A DNA stretch of 6,675 nt from a virus (lineage: Duplodnaviria > Heunggongvirae > Uroviricota > Caudoviricetes), in IMG/VR virus record IMGVR_UViG_2648501392_000001, positions 1 through 6,675 of that record; one strand, 5' to 3'. The notes under the pieces were generated by a model. That model searched no databases, was not told the origin of the DNA, and worked only from the letters and a program-made list of their open reading frames with translations. This document shows, in pieces, positions 5,378-6,675 of this stretch; position 1 is the stretch's first letter; every line of letters starts with the position of its first letter. A program made the position numbers and the translations under genes.

Positions 5378-5651
5378 ACTATCCCAGCGCGACGTTGATC
5401 GCGCAGAAACGGATTTACTCATCAACCTGTCAACGCTTACCCAGCGCGGTCTGGCAAAGATGATTGGCTGTCATGAATCGAAGATAAGCAGAACGGACTG
5501 GAGATTTATTGCTTCGGTCCTGTGTGCTTTCGGAATGGCATCAGACATCAGTCCGATTAGCAGGGCTTTTAAGTATGCGCTTGATGGAATCACCAATAAA
5601 AAACGCCCGGCGGCAACCGAGCGTTCTGAACAAATCCAGATGGAATTCTGA
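5355..5651 (+). CDS. cII: CII-type transcriptional activator, 98 aa, chimeric: non-lambda N-terminal region with the lambda C-terminal 19 aa
   Basis: The C-terminus TNKKRPAATERSEQIQMEF is identical to the lambda cII C-terminus from memory; the first 79 or so residues differ. Position between nutR and O matches. Confidence 0.85.
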   Translation: MTQTSYSKLSQRDVDRAETDLLINLSTLTQRGLAKMIGCHESKISRTDWRFIASVLCAFGMASDISPISRAFKYALDGITNKKRPAATERSEQIQMEF

Positions 5652-5673
5652 GGGAATTACTGGATCAATCCAC
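5597..5673 (-). ncRNA. oop: oop antisense RNA (about 77 nt), with its tO terminator at 5597-5623
   Basis: The minus strand across 5597-5680 reads ...GACTCCTGTGGATTGATCCAGTAATTCCCTCAGAATTCCATCTGGATTTGTTCAGAACGCTCGGTTGCCGCCGGGCGTTTTTTATTGGTGA, near-identical to the lambda tO/oop region I recall (hairpin GCCGCCGGGCG plus U6). It is antisense to the 3' end of cII. Exact ends are estimated by analogy with lambda. Confidence 0.7.
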
Positions 5674-5682
5674 AGGAGTCAT

Positions 5683-5711
5683 TATGACAAATACAGCAAA
5701 AATACTCAACT
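5683..5711 (-). promoter_or_regulatory. pO promoter driving oop
   Basis: Minus strand: -35 TTGAGT (complement of 5706-5711), 17-nt spacer, -10 CATAAT (complement of 5683-5688), placing the start near 5675. Confidence 0.55.
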
Positions 5712-6622
5712 TCGGCAGAGGTAACTTTGCCGAACAGGAGCGTAATGTGGCAGATCTCGATGATGGTTACGCCAGACTATCAAATATGCTGATTGAGGCT
5801 TATTCAGGCGCAGATCTGACCAAGCGACAGTTTAAAGTGCTGCTTGCCATTCTGCGTAAAACCTATGGGTGGAATAAACCAATGGACAGAATCACCGATT
5901 CTCAACTTAGCGAGATTACAAAGTTACCTGTCAAACGGTGCAATGAAGCCAAGTTAGAACTCGTCAGAATGAATATTATCAAGCAGCAAGGCGGCATGTT
6001 TGGACCAAATAAAAACATCTCAGAATGGTGCATCCCTCAAAACGAGGGAAGTTCCCCTAAAATGAGGGACATCCCTCAAAACGAGGGAAAATCCCCTAAA
6101 ACGAGGGATAAAACATCCCTCAAATTAGGGGATTGCTATCCCTCAAAACAGGGGGACACAAAAGACACTATTACAAAAGAAAAAAGAAAAGATTATTCGT
6201 CCGAGAATTCTGGCGAATCCTCTGACCAGCCAGAAAACGATCTTTCTGTGGTTAAACCGGATGCTGCAATTCAGAGCGGCAGCAAGTGGGGAACAGCAGA
6301 AGACCTGACCGCCGCAGAGTGGATGTTTGACATGGTGAAGACCATCGCACCATCAGCCAGAAAACCGAATTTTGCAGGGTGGGCTAACGATATCCGCCTG
6401 ATGCGTGAACGTGACGGACGTAACCACCGCGACATGTGCGTGCTGTTCCGCTGGGCATGCCAGGACAACTTCTGGTCCGGTAACGTGCTAAGTCCGGCCA
6501 AACTCCGCGACAAGTGGACCCAACTCGAAATCAACCGTAACAAGCAACAGGCTGGCGTGACAGCTGGAAAACCAAAACTCGACCTGACAAACACTGACTG
6601 GATTTACGGGGTGGATTTATGA
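5684..6622 (+). CDS. O: Replication initiator O, 312 aa, with the origin iterons inside its coding sequence
   Basis: ORF-track protein MTNTAKILNFGRGNFAEQERNVADLDDGYARLSNM...TDWIYGVDL is near-identical to lambda O from memory. SD AGGAG is 5 nt upstream of ATG 5684. The stop overlaps the P start (ATGA). Confidence 0.95.
   Translation: MTNTAKILNFGRGNFAEQERNVADLDDGYARLSNMLIEAYSGADLTKRQFKVLLAILRKTYGWNKPMDRITDSQLSEITKLPVKRCNEAKLELVRMNIIKQQGGMFGPNKNISEWCIPQNEGSSPKMRDIPQNEGKSPKTRDKTSLKLGDCYPSKQGDTKDTITKEKRKDYSSENSGESSDQPENDLSVVKPDAAIQSGSKWGTAEDLTAAEWMFDMVKTIAPSARKPNFAGWANDIRLMRERDGRNHRDMCVLFRWACQDNFWSGNVLSPAKLRDKWTQLEINRNKQQAGVTAGKPKLDLTNTDWIYGVDL
6032..6200. repeat. Replication origin: six O-binding iterons (6032-6156) followed by an A-rich tract (6157-6200)
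   Basis: Iterons TCCCTCAAAACGAGGGA-like at 6032-6049, 6052-6069, 6071-6088, 6091-6108, 6115-6132 and 6138-6156, each an internal inverted repeat, spaced 19-24 bp. Then cacaaaagacactattacaaaagaaaaaagaaaagattattcg. Confidence 0.85.
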
Positions 6623-6675
6623 AAAACATCGCCGCACAGATGGTTAACTTTGACCGTGAGCAGATGCGTCGGATC
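6619..6675 (+). CDS. P: Replication protein P (DnaB helicase loader), N-terminal part only; the gene runs off the right edge
   Basis: Translation MKNIAAQMVNFDREQMRRI matches the lambda P N-terminus from memory; start overlaps the O stop. Confidence 0.9.
   Translation, partial: MKNIAAQMVNFDREQMRRI

Noticed and set aside
5509-5724. Plus-strand 71-aa ORF spanning the cII 3' end and O start
   Set aside because: Out of frame with both conserved genes and covers the oop/tO region; no SD.
6032-6156. Short direct repeats with short spacers, possible CRISPR-like array
   Set aside because: Only six repeats of about 18 bp, each an internal palindrome, 1-5 bp apart, inside the conserved O reading frame. 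This is the classic lambdoid origin iteron array, not CRISPR.
6271-6594. Minus-strand 107-aa ORF inside O
   Set aside because: Antisense to a strongly supported conserved gene; no SD.

Overview
This window is the early/immunity region of a lambda-like (lambdoid) prophage or phage, with mosaic structure. Gene order, left to right: bet' (partial), gam, kil, cIII, ea10, an unknown 156-aa gene, N (all minus strand, the pL operon); nutL and OL/pL; a 44-aa ORF between two terminators; an unknown two-gene cassette (177 aa and 113 aa) directly downstream of cI on the minus strand, in the position lambda uses for rexA-rexB; cI; OR/pRM/pR; cro; nutR; a cII homologue; O with the replication origin inside it; and the start of P. 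The recombination module (bet, gam, kil, cIII) and the replication module (end of cII, oop/tO, O, P) are near-identical to lambda as I recall it. The region from the 156-aa gene through N, the immunity region and most of cII is non-lambda: N and its boxB hairpins are P22-type, and the operators follow an ATAAC-N4-GTTAT pattern. The most interesting content is the uncharacterised cargo at two known moron/defence hotspots: the cI-linked two-gene cassette plus the 44-aa ORF, and the 156-aa gene in the ral/sieB position. All homology statements are from memory of reference sequences; no searches were run.
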